DNA of 64,000 bases from an uncultured Sangeribacter sp. (GTDB lineage Bacteria; Bacteroidota; Bacteroidia; Bacteroidales; Muribaculaceae), in contig CAZGJH010000002.1 of assembly GCA_964525735.1 (NCBI GenBank), positions 6,433-70,432 of the forward strand. Direction: 5' to 3'. The notes under the pieces were generated by a model. It saw only the letters and a program-made list of their open reading frames with translations, made no database searches and was not told where the DNA came from. The position numbers and the translations under genes were made by a program. This document shows, one piece after another, positions 50,266-59,803 of the stretch; positions within the stretch are counted from its first letter, which is position 1; each line of letters opens with the position of its first letter.

Positions 50266-51438
50266 ATGAATAAGGAATTATGGTTTGACGCTGCTCCTGA
50301 CCGCAGGGGCAGCGGTTCGTATAAATGGGACTCGGGGTCCGACCCCGAAGTGATACCGTTGTGGGTGGCCGATATGGATTTCAAGACGGCTCCCGTAGTG
50401 CTCGACGCGCTCCGAAAGAGAGTGGAACATGGAGTCTTCGGCTACACATTGGTAGGAGAGAGCTATTACAAGGCTTTAAAGGATTGGTTCGAATCGAAGC
50501 ATGGCTATACGATTGCCACTGAGAATGTAATATATACTTCCGGAGTAGTGCCGGCAATATCAGCCATCATCAAGGCCTTGACAAAGCCTGGCGAGGGTGT
50601 GATAGTGCAGACTCCTGTCTACAACTGTTTCTTCTCATCAATCCGTAACAATGGGTGCCGACTGGAAGACGCTCCATTGATCAGGGAAAACTTAGGAGAG
50701 GGGCTCTTTACCTATCGCATGGACTATGCGGCTCTTGAGAAAGCGGCCGCCAAAGATGATGTGAAACTGATGCTCCTCTGCAACCCTCACAACCCTGCTG
50801 GAAGGGCCTGGACTAAGGATGAGCTCGTCAAGGTGTCGGAAATCTGTCGGCGACATGGCGTGACAGTCGTGAGCGACGAAATTCATTGCGAGCTGACGAT
50901 GCCAGGTTTCAAATATGTCCCTTATGGCGTGGTAGATGACTCGGCGATAGTGTGTCTGAGTCCTTCAAAGGCATTCAACACAGCCGGGCTACAGATCGCC
51001 AATATCGTTTGCCCCGACAGCGAGACGAGAGCGAAAGTAGACAAGGCAATCAATATCAATGAAGTATGCGATGTGAATCCCTTCGGACCGGTTGCCCTTG
51101 TTGCCTCCTATTCCGAAGAGGGTAAGCAATGGCTTGATGCCTTGAGAGAGTATCTTGCTGAAAACTATCAGCTTCTTCTCGATATCTTCGGCAAGGAATT
51201 ACCGGAATGTCCCGTCACAAAACTCGAAGCCACATATCTTCCCTGGATCGATGTCTCTTCGCTCCATATCAACTCCACTGAAATGGAAGAGGAGATGATC
51301 AAGGAGGCTAAGGTGTGGGTGAATTGTGGCGATATGTATGGGGCGGATGGTTTTATCCGTATAAATATCGCATGTCCCAGGGAGCGCCTCGCAGAGGGTC
51401 TGCGTCGCGTAGTAGATTGGATAAAGAAACATAAATGA
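50266..51438 (+). CDS. MalY/PatB family PLP-dependent C-S lyase
   Basis: PLWVADMDF, LCNPHNP, SDEIH, PSKAFN and FIRINIACP. Confidence 0.92.
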   Translation: MNKELWFDAAPDRRGSGSYKWDSGSDPEVIPLWVADMDFKTAPVVLDALRKRVEHGVFGYTLVGESYYKALKDWFESKHGYTIATENVIYTSGVVPAISAIIKALTKPGEGVIVQTPVYNCFFSSIRNNGCRLEDAPLIRENLGEGLFTYRMDYAALEKAAAKDDVKLMLLCNPHNPAGRAWTKDELVKVSEICRRHGVTVVSDEIHCELTMPGFKYVPYGVVDDSAIVCLSPSKAFNTAGLQIANIVCPDSETRAKVDKAININEVCDVNPFGPVALVASYSEEGKQWLDALREYLAENYQLLLDIFGKELPECPVTKLEATYLPWIDVSSLHINSTEMEEEMIKEAKVWVNCGDMYGADGFIRINIACPRERLAEGLRRVVDWIKKHK

Positions 51439-52901
51439 TAGAATTAATACAGTCGGGCAAACCATTATCTTTCCGTCAGCGCTTGTCGTTGACGGCAAAA
51501 TTGTCGTGGCCGGCCATAATGGCTCAGCTATCGAGTATCCTGATGCAATATATCGATGCGGCGATGGTGGGTAGGCTTGGAGCCGACGACTCGGCGGCAG
51601 TGGGCCTGGTTTCTACGAGCCTTTGGCTCTTCTGGGGCATCTGTTCGGCTGCTACAACTGGCTTCTCCGTGCAGATAGCCCATCGTATGGGTGCGTCAGA
51701 TACTCTCACGGCGCGGAAGATTTTCCGCCAGGGATTGCTGATGTCTACGCTGTTTGGTATTGTAGTGGCGATAATCGGCCTCAGCATCGCTGTGCCGCTT
51801 CCTCATTGGCTTGGAGGCGAAGGAGAGGTGTGCGGCAAGGCCACGCTTTACTTTGCAGTGTTCGTAGGAGCTCTTCCTCTCCTCACACTCAATTATTTGG
51901 GTAGCGGTGCGCTGAGGGCCTCGGGCAATATGATTGTTCCTGGAGGTTTGAATGTGATGATGTGCGTGCTCGACGTCCTCTTCAACATGCTCCTCATTTT
52001 CCCTACCAGGGAGGTTAGTGTCGCCGGGCTTCAAATCACGTTGCCTGGAGCCGGACTTGGAGTGCTCGGAGCCGCTCTCGGCACGGTTTTAGCTGAAGTG
52101 GTCACTGCTTCTGCTATCTTGTGGTATGGCTGCTGCAAGCAACCGGGGCTGGCCTTCAAAGGTGAGAAGGGATCATTCAAACCTACGAAGCAGGTGATGA
52201 AAAACGCGGTGAAAGTGGCCGCTCCGATGACACTGGAGCACGCCGTGATTTGCGGCGCGCAGATCATGATTACTGTAATTGTGGCCCCTCTTGGAGTAAT
52301 GGCGATAGCTGCCAACTCTTTCGCCGTCACCGCAGAGGCTCTCTGTTACATGCCTGGCTACGGTATTGCCGACGCAGCCACTACGCTCGCCGGGCAGAGT
52401 TATGGCGCGAAACGCAAGGATCTTGCGAAAGAATTCGGCTATCTCACCGTAGGCCTCGGCATGGTGGTCATGGCTGTGATGGGAGTAGTGCTTTGGATAG
52501 GAGCTCCTTACGTGATGGAGCTTCTTTCGCCCGTGAAGGAGATACAGACGCTCGGAAGCTCGGCATTGCGCATAGAGGCTTGGGCCGAACCGATGTTTGC
52601 GGCATCTATCGTGGCATATGGCGTGATGGTAGGAGTAGGCGACACCGTCTGGCCAGCCGTAATGAATTTTTCGAGCATCTGGCTCGTGAGAGTTCCATTG
52701 GCTGCTTTGTTGGTTGGCACGATGGGCCTCGATGGCGTTTGGCTCGCAATGTGTATCGAGCTCTGTTTCAGGGGCGCAATCTTCCTCTGGCGCCTCATCA
52801 GCAAGGCGTGGTTGCGCCATGGACTGCAAACCGACGAGGGCACTCTAATAAAAGAGGAGGAGGAAGCCGACATGCCTGACGAACTTCCTCCTTCCTATTG
52901 A
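51435..52901 (+). CDS. MATE family efflux transporter
   Basis: IDAAMVGRLG, LRASG and GVLGAALGT, with about 12 TM segments. Confidence 0.92.
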   Translation: MIELIQSGKPLSFRQRLSLTAKLSWPAIMAQLSSILMQYIDAAMVGRLGADDSAAVGLVSTSLWLFWGICSAATTGFSVQIAHRMGASDTLTARKIFRQGLLMSTLFGIVVAIIGLSIAVPLPHWLGGEGEVCGKATLYFAVFVGALPLLTLNYLGSGALRASGNMIVPGGLNVMMCVLDVLFNMLLIFPTREVSVAGLQITLPGAGLGVLGAALGTVLAEVVTASAILWYGCCKQPGLAFKGEKGSFKPTKQVMKNAVKVAAPMTLEHAVICGAQIMITVIVAPLGVMAIAANSFAVTAEALCYMPGYGIADAATTLAGQSYGAKRKDLAKEFGYLTVGLGMVVMAVMGVVLWIGAPYVMELLSPVKEIQTLGSSALRIEAWAEPMFAASIVAYGVMVGVGDTVWPAVMNFSSIWLVRVPLAALLVGTMGLDGVWLAMCIELCFRGAIFLWRLISKAWLRHGLQTDEGTLIKEEEEADMPDELPPSY

Positions 52902-52934
52902 TTTTTATCTTATTTCTCCGAACCCATTTGTTTT

Positions 52935-53021
52935 AAAAGTTGAGGCGTGAGCACAGTGTGTTTATCCTCAACTTTTATTTCATTTAGTTGAAGCGGTGTC
53001 AGTTTTTCGGCATCATTCAAC
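52935..53021. terminator. Two tandem hairpins between the convergent MATE and VKOR genes
   Basis: taaaagttgagg...cctcaactttta and agttgaa...ttcaact. Confidence 0.65.
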
Positions 53022-53068
53022 TCCGGTTTAGGTATTGAAACTGGCTTTTTCATAATCTTTCTCTTTAC

Positions 53069-54085
53069 TTATTTATCAGATTTATTATTCTCAATGAGTG
53101 GCATGATTGCGTTAAGACCGAGCATCACAACCACGTAAGTCATGCCCAAGAGTATGAAATCGAGTGTCGGTGGCCAAGCCAACTTAACCCAACCTCCGAA
53201 GAGATAGGAGAAGAAGAGCAACCAAAGCGACGTCTGGACACTGACACAGAGTGTGCACCATTTATGAGCGCGGAATTTCTGATACCATATGCTCCAGAAT
53301 GTGAACGGCAGGCAGCAGATGTTTATGAGTGCGAGCGTGGGGAGCATATGAGGGTTGAGAAGCAGTGTGATCAGACTCACAGAGAAATATGAGAATCCCA
53401 CTTCGCTCCATCCAAACAGGCCGAAGAATTTTGAAGCTTTCATTTCCAGAATACTGTCGCAACCACCCTCCTGAAGCACTCCACACACTCTGTCGGTAGC
53501 GGCCGTGTGGATATGCACCGACTTCTGTACGAGCATATATGTAAAGAGCAACCCTGCGATATCGATAGCTGTGATGAAGATTGTTGATAGGTTGCTGTAA
53601 AGGCCTCGCGTAATAAAGAGGTAGGTGAAAAGGAGCAAACTGAAAATAGCCAAAACCCATTTCTTCGCCTTCATGAAGAAGTCGATTCTTGCATGTGTGG
53701 CATATTGCGGCTCTTTCGCATCCGGTTTTGGATAAGAGAGGAGCACGTTGCCACTCCAGACAGGGAAGAAATCGCTTAGCGATATTGTCTCCACCTCCCC
53801 TTCAGTGAGATAACTGATATCTGTATCGGTGATTTTGATCACAATAATCAGTCCTCCTGAAGTCTTTGCCAGGAATGGAGGGGTCAGTTTCTTGATTTCT
53901 GATTTATCTTTCAATAGATAGCCTTCCGAATCTACACCATACTGCTGGAGCAGCTTGGAGAGACCGAAGAGGGTGGGGAAAGGCATCGCCTTAAATTGAG
54001 AATTGGAAAAATCCACGGTGTGAGGCACACCCAAAGCTGAAAGATAATCGTTGATCAAAGAATATGATTTTCGATGTTTATCCAT
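53069..54085 (-). CDS. C39-peptidase-like domain fused to a vitamin K epoxide reductase (VKOR) domain
   Basis: C39-like TLFGLSKLLQQYG...PFLA...WSGNVLL, VKOR loop cysteines CGVLQEGGC, SKFFG..WSEVG and active-site WCTLC. Confidence 0.83.
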   Translation of the reverse strand: MDKHRKSYSLINDYLSALGVPHTVDFSNSQFKAMPFPTLFGLSKLLQQYGVDSEGYLLKDKSEIKKLTPPFLAKTSGGLIIVIKITDTDISYLTEGEVETISLSDFFPVWSGNVLLSYPKPDAKEPQYATHARIDFFMKAKKWVLAIFSLLLFTYLFITRGLYSNLSTIFITAIDIAGLLFTYMLVQKSVHIHTAATDRVCGVLQEGGCDSILEMKASKFFGLFGWSEVGFSYFSVSLITLLLNPHMLPTLALINICCLPFTFWSIWYQKFRAHKWCTLCVSVQTSLWLLFFSYLFGGWVKLAWPPTLDFILLGMTYVVVMLGLNAIMPLIENNKSDK

Positions 54086-54197
54086 GATCGTGCGATTTTA
54101 CGACGAAAGGGAGATTCGCTCCACATAAATGAAGAAAATCTCCCTTCAGAGTTTTTAGTAATCAATTTTTAGTAATCAATATGTGATGAATAAAGAT

Positions 54198-54491
54198 TTA
54201 GAGGGCCGACTGAATCTTCGAGAGGAGCACCTGGGCTTCCATCTCGCCACTCTGGCGCCAAACCTCTTTACCATTTTTGTAAAGAAGGAAAGTAGGCACA
54301 GAAGTTACGTTGGCTTCATCGGCTGCTTCATCATTCTTGTCGATATCAAGCTGATATACCTCTACAGAACCTTCGAGGAGTTCCTTAACCTGTGCAACAA
54401 TAGGCATCATTTTCTGGCAATGAGGGCACCATGTTGCAAAAAATTCAACCAGCACCACTGGTTTTGATGAAATTAATTGCGAGTAATTCAT
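54198..54491 (-). CDS. Thioredoxin (WCPHC)
   Basis: VLVEFFATWCPHC and cis-Pro SVPTF. No signal peptide. Confidence 0.93.
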   Translation of the reverse strand: MNYSQLISSKPVVLVEFFATWCPHCQKMMPIVAQVKELLEGSVEVYQLDIDKNDEAADEANVTSVPTFLLYKNGKEVWRQSGEMEAQVLLSKIQSAL

Positions 54492-54764
54492 AATTCTTAT
54501 TGTTTTGATTTACTTTAAAAACATATGGGTTAGAGAAAAGTTCTATCCACAACATTTAAGAATTGCTAAATCATTTCTTGTGAAGTATCTCTCAAGAAGG
54601 AGAAAAGCGGCCTCCCGGAGAGTAAAAAAATACGGTATAAGGTAATTTTTTGGAAAAAGTTTGAATGTTCTCCACATTATATCGGGAAAATTTTATTAAA
54701 TTTGCACTTTCAATAGCCCGAGTGTGAAATTTTCCGACTCGGCATAACAGAATTAACTGACTAT

Positions 54765-56474
54765 ATGACAGAGATCATTGAAGAAGAGATCGTCAATGAA
54801 GGCGGTCTGAACTTTGTGGAGCAGGAGATCGTAAACGACTTGGCCGCAGGCAAAAACGGTGGCCGTCTTAACACCCGTTTCCCGCCGGAGCCTAACGGCT
54901 ATCTCCACATTGGTCATGCGAAAGCATTTATCATGGACTTCGGAGCAGCCGAGAAATTCGGTGGCACCTGCAATCTGCGTTTCGACGATACCAACCCCCA
55001 AAAGGAGGATATGGAGTATGTGAATTCGATTATGCGCGATATCCATTGGCTGGGATATGATTGGGGCGACCGCCTTTACTACGCATCCGATTATTTCCCC
55101 CAGCTTTATGATCTCGCTATCAGAATGATTAAGGAGGGGAAAGCTTATGTCGACGAGCAGACAAGCGAGCAGATTGCCGCTCAGAAGGGCACACCCACTA
55201 CGCCCGGCACCAACTCCCCCTTCAGAGATCGCCCCATTGAGGAGAACCTCGACCTTTTCCAGCGTATGAACGCCGGAGAGTTTGACGAGGGTTCGATGGT
55301 GCTTCGTGCCAAGATCGATATGGCCAACAGCAATATGCACTTCCGCGACCCTATTATGTATCGCATCATAAAGACTCCTCATTGGCGCACAGGCACTCAG
55401 TGGAAGGTGTATCCTATGTATGACTTCGCACATGGCCAGAGCGACTATTTCGAGGGCGTCACCCACTCAATATGCACATTGGAGTTTGTGCCTCACCGTC
55501 CGCTCTACGAGTATTTCGTAAAAGAGCTCGCCGACGAGAGCTACTGCCCGCGCCAGATAGAATTCAACCGCCTCAACCTCACTTACACTGTGATGAGCAA
55601 GCGTAAGCTTCTCCAGCTCGTGAAGGAGGGTCTGGTAAACGGTTGGGACGATCCCCGTATGCCCACTCTATGCGGCCTGCGCCGAAGAGGCTACACACCT
55701 TCGTCGATCAAGGATTTTGTAAACCGTATCGGTTACACCAAATATGAGGCCCTCAATCATATCGAGCTTCTTGAGCACGCTGTGAGAGAAGACCTCAACA
55801 AGACGGCCACGCGTATCAGCGCGGTTGTCAATCCGGTGAAGCTCATCATCACCAACTATCCTGAGGATAAGGAGGAGATAATCGAGATGGATAATAATCC
55901 TGAAAACCTCGCCGAGGGTAAGCACCCGATGCCTTTCACCCGCGAGCTCTGGATTGAGCGCGAAGACTTCATGGAGAATCCTCCCAAGAAATTCTTCCGC
56001 CTTTCTCCCGACAAGGAGGTGCGCCTGAAGGGTGCCTACATCATCAAATGCACAGGCGTCAAGAAGAATGAAGATGGCGAGGTCGAGGAGATTTATGCCG
56101 AGTATGATCCCGAGACTAAGAGCGGCCTCCCTGGCAGCGACCGTAAAGTGAAGGGCACCCTTCACTGGGTTTCTGTGGCTCATGCAAAAGATGCTGAGGT
56201 GAGAGATTATGATCGCCTCTTCGCGGTAGAGAATCCTTCGGCCGAAGAGGGTGATTTCAGAGATCTTCTTAACTCTGATTCTCTGAAAATACGTGAGAAT
56301 GTGAAAATCGAACCGTGGGCAGCCGAACACGCCAAACCGGAAGATCACTTCCAGTTTACCCGCCTCGGCTATTACACAGTAGATCCCGATTCTACCGATG
56401 AGAAGCTTGTGTTTAACAAGACTATCGGTTTGAAAGACACATGGGCCAAGGAGCAGAAAAAAGCTGCGAAATAA
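54765..56474 (+). CDS. glnS: Glutamine--tRNA ligase
   Basis: TRFPPEPNGYLHIGH, MSKR, DDPRMPT and KVKGTLHWVS. Confidence 0.97.
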   Translation: MTEIIEEEIVNEGGLNFVEQEIVNDLAAGKNGGRLNTRFPPEPNGYLHIGHAKAFIMDFGAAEKFGGTCNLRFDDTNPQKEDMEYVNSIMRDIHWLGYDWGDRLYYASDYFPQLYDLAIRMIKEGKAYVDEQTSEQIAAQKGTPTTPGTNSPFRDRPIEENLDLFQRMNAGEFDEGSMVLRAKIDMANSNMHFRDPIMYRIIKTPHWRTGTQWKVYPMYDFAHGQSDYFEGVTHSICTLEFVPHRPLYEYFVKELADESYCPRQIEFNRLNLTYTVMSKRKLLQLVKEGLVNGWDDPRMPTLCGLRRRGYTPSSIKDFVNRIGYTKYEALNHIELLEHAVREDLNKTATRISAVVNPVKLIITNYPEDKEEIIEMDNNPENLAEGKHPMPFTRELWIEREDFMENPPKKFFRLSPDKEVRLKGAYIIKCTGVKKNEDGEVEEIYAEYDPETKSGLPGSDRKVKGTLHWVSVAHAKDAEVRDYDRLFAVENPSAEEGDFRDLLNSDSLKIRENVKIEPWAAEHAKPEDHFQFTRLGYYTVDPDSTDEKLVFNKTIGLKDTWAKEQKKAAK

Positions 56475-56511
56475 TCTGAAAATTTCTTCGCCTCCAAATC
56501 AAAAAAATCGT

Positions 56512-57714
56512 ATGCATCAGATAATCACTCATTTCACCGACGACGACCTCTATAAGTTCACTATGTGTTGCGCCGTGATCGACAATTATCCACGGTGTCA
56601 GGTGAAATATCGGTTTAACGACCGCGACAACACGGTGTATCCTCCCGGCTTCGCCGAGGAGCTGATGCATCAGGTGGAGCTGCTCGAAAATCTCGTCATC
56701 ACCGATGAGGAGGTTGCTTTCATGCAGAAACGTTGCCGCTACATCCCCGATTGGTTTTATTCCTTCCTCAAAGGATTCAGATACGACCGTCGTTGGGTGA
56801 ACGCCTGGCAGGATGATGAAGGACATCTTAACGTGGAGTTTGAGGGGTGTTGGAGCAATACGATTTTACTTGAGGTAAAAGTGCTTGCGATTATCTCCGA
56901 GCTCTATTACATCATGACGGGTCAAACTCACCGCATTGATTTGGATGATTACTATAGCCGCTCATGGAAGAAGGCTGAGCGCCTCATCGAAGGAGGGTGC
57001 GTATTCAGCGATATGGGCACCCGACGCCGTGCATCTTTCGCCACTCAAGACACTGCCGTAAGGGCAATGAAAGAGTGTAGCGATCAGGGTAAAGGGCCCG
57101 GACGCTTGGCAGGCACGAGCAATGTGTATTTCGCTATGAAATACGACCTTACTCCGATAGGCACTATGGCTCACGAGATAATCTGCGCCATAGCCGGAAT
57201 GTATGGCCCCCAGATGGCCAATCATTTGGCCATGAAGACATGGTCGAGCACCTACCGTGGGGCTTTGGGCACATTTCTTTACGACACTTATGGCTGGAGA
57301 ATTTTCAGCCTGAATTTCTCGGAAGATTATGCCAATATGTTCAAGGGTCTGCGCGTAGACAGCGGCGATAATTATGAGCAGCTTGATCTAATCGTAGAAA
57401 AATACCGTTCGTTAGGTATCGATTCAAAGACAAAGCAGGTGGTGTTCAGCAACGGTCTTAATGTCGACGAGGCGCTCAAGATTCAGCAATATGCTGAGGG
57501 AAAGTGTATTCCGTCGTATGGTATAGGCACACACTTCACCAACGATATTCCGGGGTTAAAGCCGATGAATATCGTTGTGAAGCTGTTGGCCGTTAAGATC
57601 ACGGAGTCATGGCCATTCTTTTGCGACACATGCAAGCTGAGTGAAGACCATGGCAAATACACCGGCAGGCCCGACGTAGTGAAGCGCTTCCTTGAGGCTT
57701 TGCATCTCACTTAA
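56512..57714 (+). CDS. pncB: Nicotinate phosphoribosyltransferase
   Basis: DDDLYKFTM, DMGTRRR, GTSNV, GTMAHE, RVDSGD and GIGT. Confidence 0.94.
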   Translation: MHQIITHFTDDDLYKFTMCCAVIDNYPRCQVKYRFNDRDNTVYPPGFAEELMHQVELLENLVITDEEVAFMQKRCRYIPDWFYSFLKGFRYDRRWVNAWQDDEGHLNVEFEGCWSNTILLEVKVLAIISELYYIMTGQTHRIDLDDYYSRSWKKAERLIEGGCVFSDMGTRRRASFATQDTAVRAMKECSDQGKGPGRLAGTSNVYFAMKYDLTPIGTMAHEIICAIAGMYGPQMANHLAMKTWSSTYRGALGTFLYDTYGWRIFSLNFSEDYANMFKGLRVDSGDNYEQLDLIVEKYRSLGIDSKTKQVVFSNGLNVDEALKIQQYAEGKCIPSYGIGTHFTNDIPGLKPMNIVVKLLAVKITESWPFFCDTCKLSEDHGKYTGRPDVVKRFLEALHLT

Positions 57715-57722
57715 AAATTCTA

Positions 57723-59123
57723 ATGTTATCTACAGGTAAACTCGGATTCTGGGCCCTGACGGCCTTGGTGTTCGGATTGATGGTTGGTGTGGGGATTTAT
57801 AATCTCCCACAGAACATGGCTGTGTCGGCATCTCCGGGTGCCGTGGCCTTGGCATGGGGCATCACCGGCCTTGGAATCCTCCCTCTTGTAATTGCTTTCA
57901 AATGGCTTAGCGAGCATTATCCACAATATAATGCCGGCATTTACCAATATGCTCAGGCTGAATTTGGCAATTACGCGGGTTTTAATATTGCGTGGGGCTA
58001 TTGGCTTTGCACAGCATTCTCGAATGTGACGTATGCCGTCATGCTCAACGATTCTTTCGGAGCGTTCTTCCCGCGCCTCCATGAGCATGGCTGGGAAACG
58101 GTAGTATTCGGCTCGTGCCTTATATGGGTGATGTATTACATTGTTGCCCACGGCATTAGCACCGCCAATTTCGTCAACTCGCTTCTTGCGGCGTTGAAAG
58201 TCGTGATGCTGATATTCATAATAGGAGTATTCGCGATTTTCTTCGATGCCAAGCTTTTCGAAGTCGACTTCTGGGGAGCTGCCTCGCATGCCGAAGGGGT
58301 AGGGAGCCAGATCAAGGCGTGTATGATGGTCACACTTTTCTGCTTTTTCGGAGTGGAGGGCGCAGTGATGATGTCGGCCCGTGCTAAAAGGCCGAAAGAT
58401 GTAGGAGGAGCCGGATTTGCAGGCTTTCTAATCTCGTTGGCTCTATATTTAGCTGTTTCGCTGCTTGCTTTCGGCTTGTTGACGAAAGCGCAGTTAGCCG
58501 GATTGCCCGACCCATCGATAGCCTACATTTTGCGCGAATCGTGTGGCGAATGGGCCTATTGGTTTGTGATTTCAGCAGTGATCGTGTCGCTTTTAGGAGG
58601 CTGGGTAGCGTGGACGCTGGTTGTGTCGCAAGTGCCCTATGAAGCCTCGTTGGTTGGCATTTTGCCGAAAGTGTTCAGCAGAGTCAATCGTCACAACATG
58701 CCGGCTTTCGGCTTGGTGGCGTCAAGCATCGTGATGGAGCTCTTTCTGCTTATGGTGGTGATGGCCGACGATGCATATCTCGCTTCGCTCCACATTACCG
58801 GCTTGATGATAATACCCTGCTATTTCTTTACAGGCCTCTTCCTTATAAAGAAGGCCGACGGGGCATGGATGCGTTTCATCGGTATAGTGGCTACGCTTTT
58901 CTGCTGCTGGATGGCTTACGCAGGTGGTCTGAACCTTCTGATGATGACTTCAGTGTTCTATCTGATAGGGGTAGGCTTCTTCATTCAGGCTCGCAAAGAG
59001 CATAACCGCCGACACGGAAAGAGTGGAGGAGTGATCTTCAAAAGGGGAGAAAAATGGTGTCTGGCGACACTTGTAGTTTTGTCTCTGATCACCTTGTATA
59101 TCCTGGCCGGCGGCCATATTTGA
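57723..59123 (+). CDS. APC family basic amino acid/polyamine antiporter (ArcD-like)
   Basis: MVGVGIYNLPQN, AWGYW and FFGVEGA, with about 12 TM segments. Confidence 0.85.
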   Translation: MLSTGKLGFWALTALVFGLMVGVGIYNLPQNMAVSASPGAVALAWGITGLGILPLVIAFKWLSEHYPQYNAGIYQYAQAEFGNYAGFNIAWGYWLCTAFSNVTYAVMLNDSFGAFFPRLHEHGWETVVFGSCLIWVMYYIVAHGISTANFVNSLLAALKVVMLIFIIGVFAIFFDAKLFEVDFWGAASHAEGVGSQIKACMMVTLFCFFGVEGAVMMSARAKRPKDVGGAGFAGFLISLALYLAVSLLAFGLLTKAQLAGLPDPSIAYILRESCGEWAYWFVISAVIVSLLGGWVAWTLVVSQVPYEASLVGILPKVFSRVNRHNMPAFGLVASSIVMELFLLMVVMADDAYLASLHITGLMIIPCYFFTGLFLIKKADGAWMRFIGIVATLFCCWMAYAGGLNLLMMTSVFYLIGVGFFIQARKEHNRRHGKSGGVIFKRGEKWCLATLVVLSLITLYILAGGHI

Positions 59124-59129
59124 AACATT

Positions 59130-59193
59130 TAGCTACATAACATTAAAGGAGGACACCCTTGATTCGGTGTCCTCCTTTAATGTTATGTAGCTA
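59130..59193. terminator. 28-bp-arm perfect inverted repeat, probable bidirectional terminator
   Basis: tagctacataacattaaaggaggacacc-cttgattc-ggtgtcctcctttaatgttatgtagcta. Confidence 0.82.
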
Positions 59194-59203
59194 CTTGATT
59201 TTA

Positions 59204-59746
59204 TCAATAATTCTCGGGACGAAGCTCGAAGTAAGCCTGAGGATGGCCACATACGGGACATACCTTGGGAGCTGATTTTCCGACGTGGATACGGCCACAT
59301 TCGCGGCACATCCACATGCGGTCGCCATCACGGCTGAAAACGATTCCCTCCTCGATGTTCTCGAGAAGCTTGCGGTAGCGCTCCATATGAGTGCGTTCGA
59401 TTTCGCCGACCATCTCGAATTTCTTCGCGATTTCAGTGAAACCCTCCTCCTTTGCCACAGCGGCAAACTCCTTGTACATGTCTTCCCACTCGTATTCCTC
59501 GCCGGCAGCAGCGTCTTTGAGGTTCTCCGGAGTAGCGGGGATATCGCCGTCGTGGAGATACTTAAACCAGATTTTAGCGTGAGCGTGCTCGTTAGAGGAA
59601 GTTTCAGAGAAGATAGCGGCAATCTGCTCGTAGCCATCTTTCTTGGCCTGTTTGGCGTAGAAAGAATACTTTACACATGCCTGGCTCTCGCCAGCAAACG
59701 CCATCTTAAGGTTTTCTTCAGTCTTTGATCCTTTCAGTTCTTTCAT
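59204..59746 (-). CDS. rbr: Rubrerythrin
   Basis: [23 protein letters not shown] and rubredoxin CRECG...CPVCGHP. Confidence 0.95.
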   Translation of the reverse strand: MKELKGSKTEENLKMAFAGESQACVKYSFYAKQAKKDGYEQIAAIFSETSSNEHAHAKIWFKYLHDGDIPATPENLKDAAAGEEYEWEDMYKEFAAVAKEEGFTEIAKKFEMVGEIERTHMERYRKLLENIEEGIVFSRDGDRMWMCRECGRIHVGKSAPKVCPVCGHPQAYFELRPENY

Positions 59747-59803
59747 AATTGGAAGAAGATATTTTAAATTATGTTGTTATCGTAGAGTGTTATATGGTTG
59801 AGA

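Noticed and set aside
53069-54085. RiPP/bacteriocin cluster implied by the C39-like domain
   Set aside because: The domain lacks a catalytic Cys, and no precursor peptide, modifying enzyme or PCAT exporter gene is adjacent.
54540-54680. DnaA boxes upstream of glnS (ctatccaca, tctccaca)
   Set aside because: Only one near-match and one poor match, which is expected by chance.
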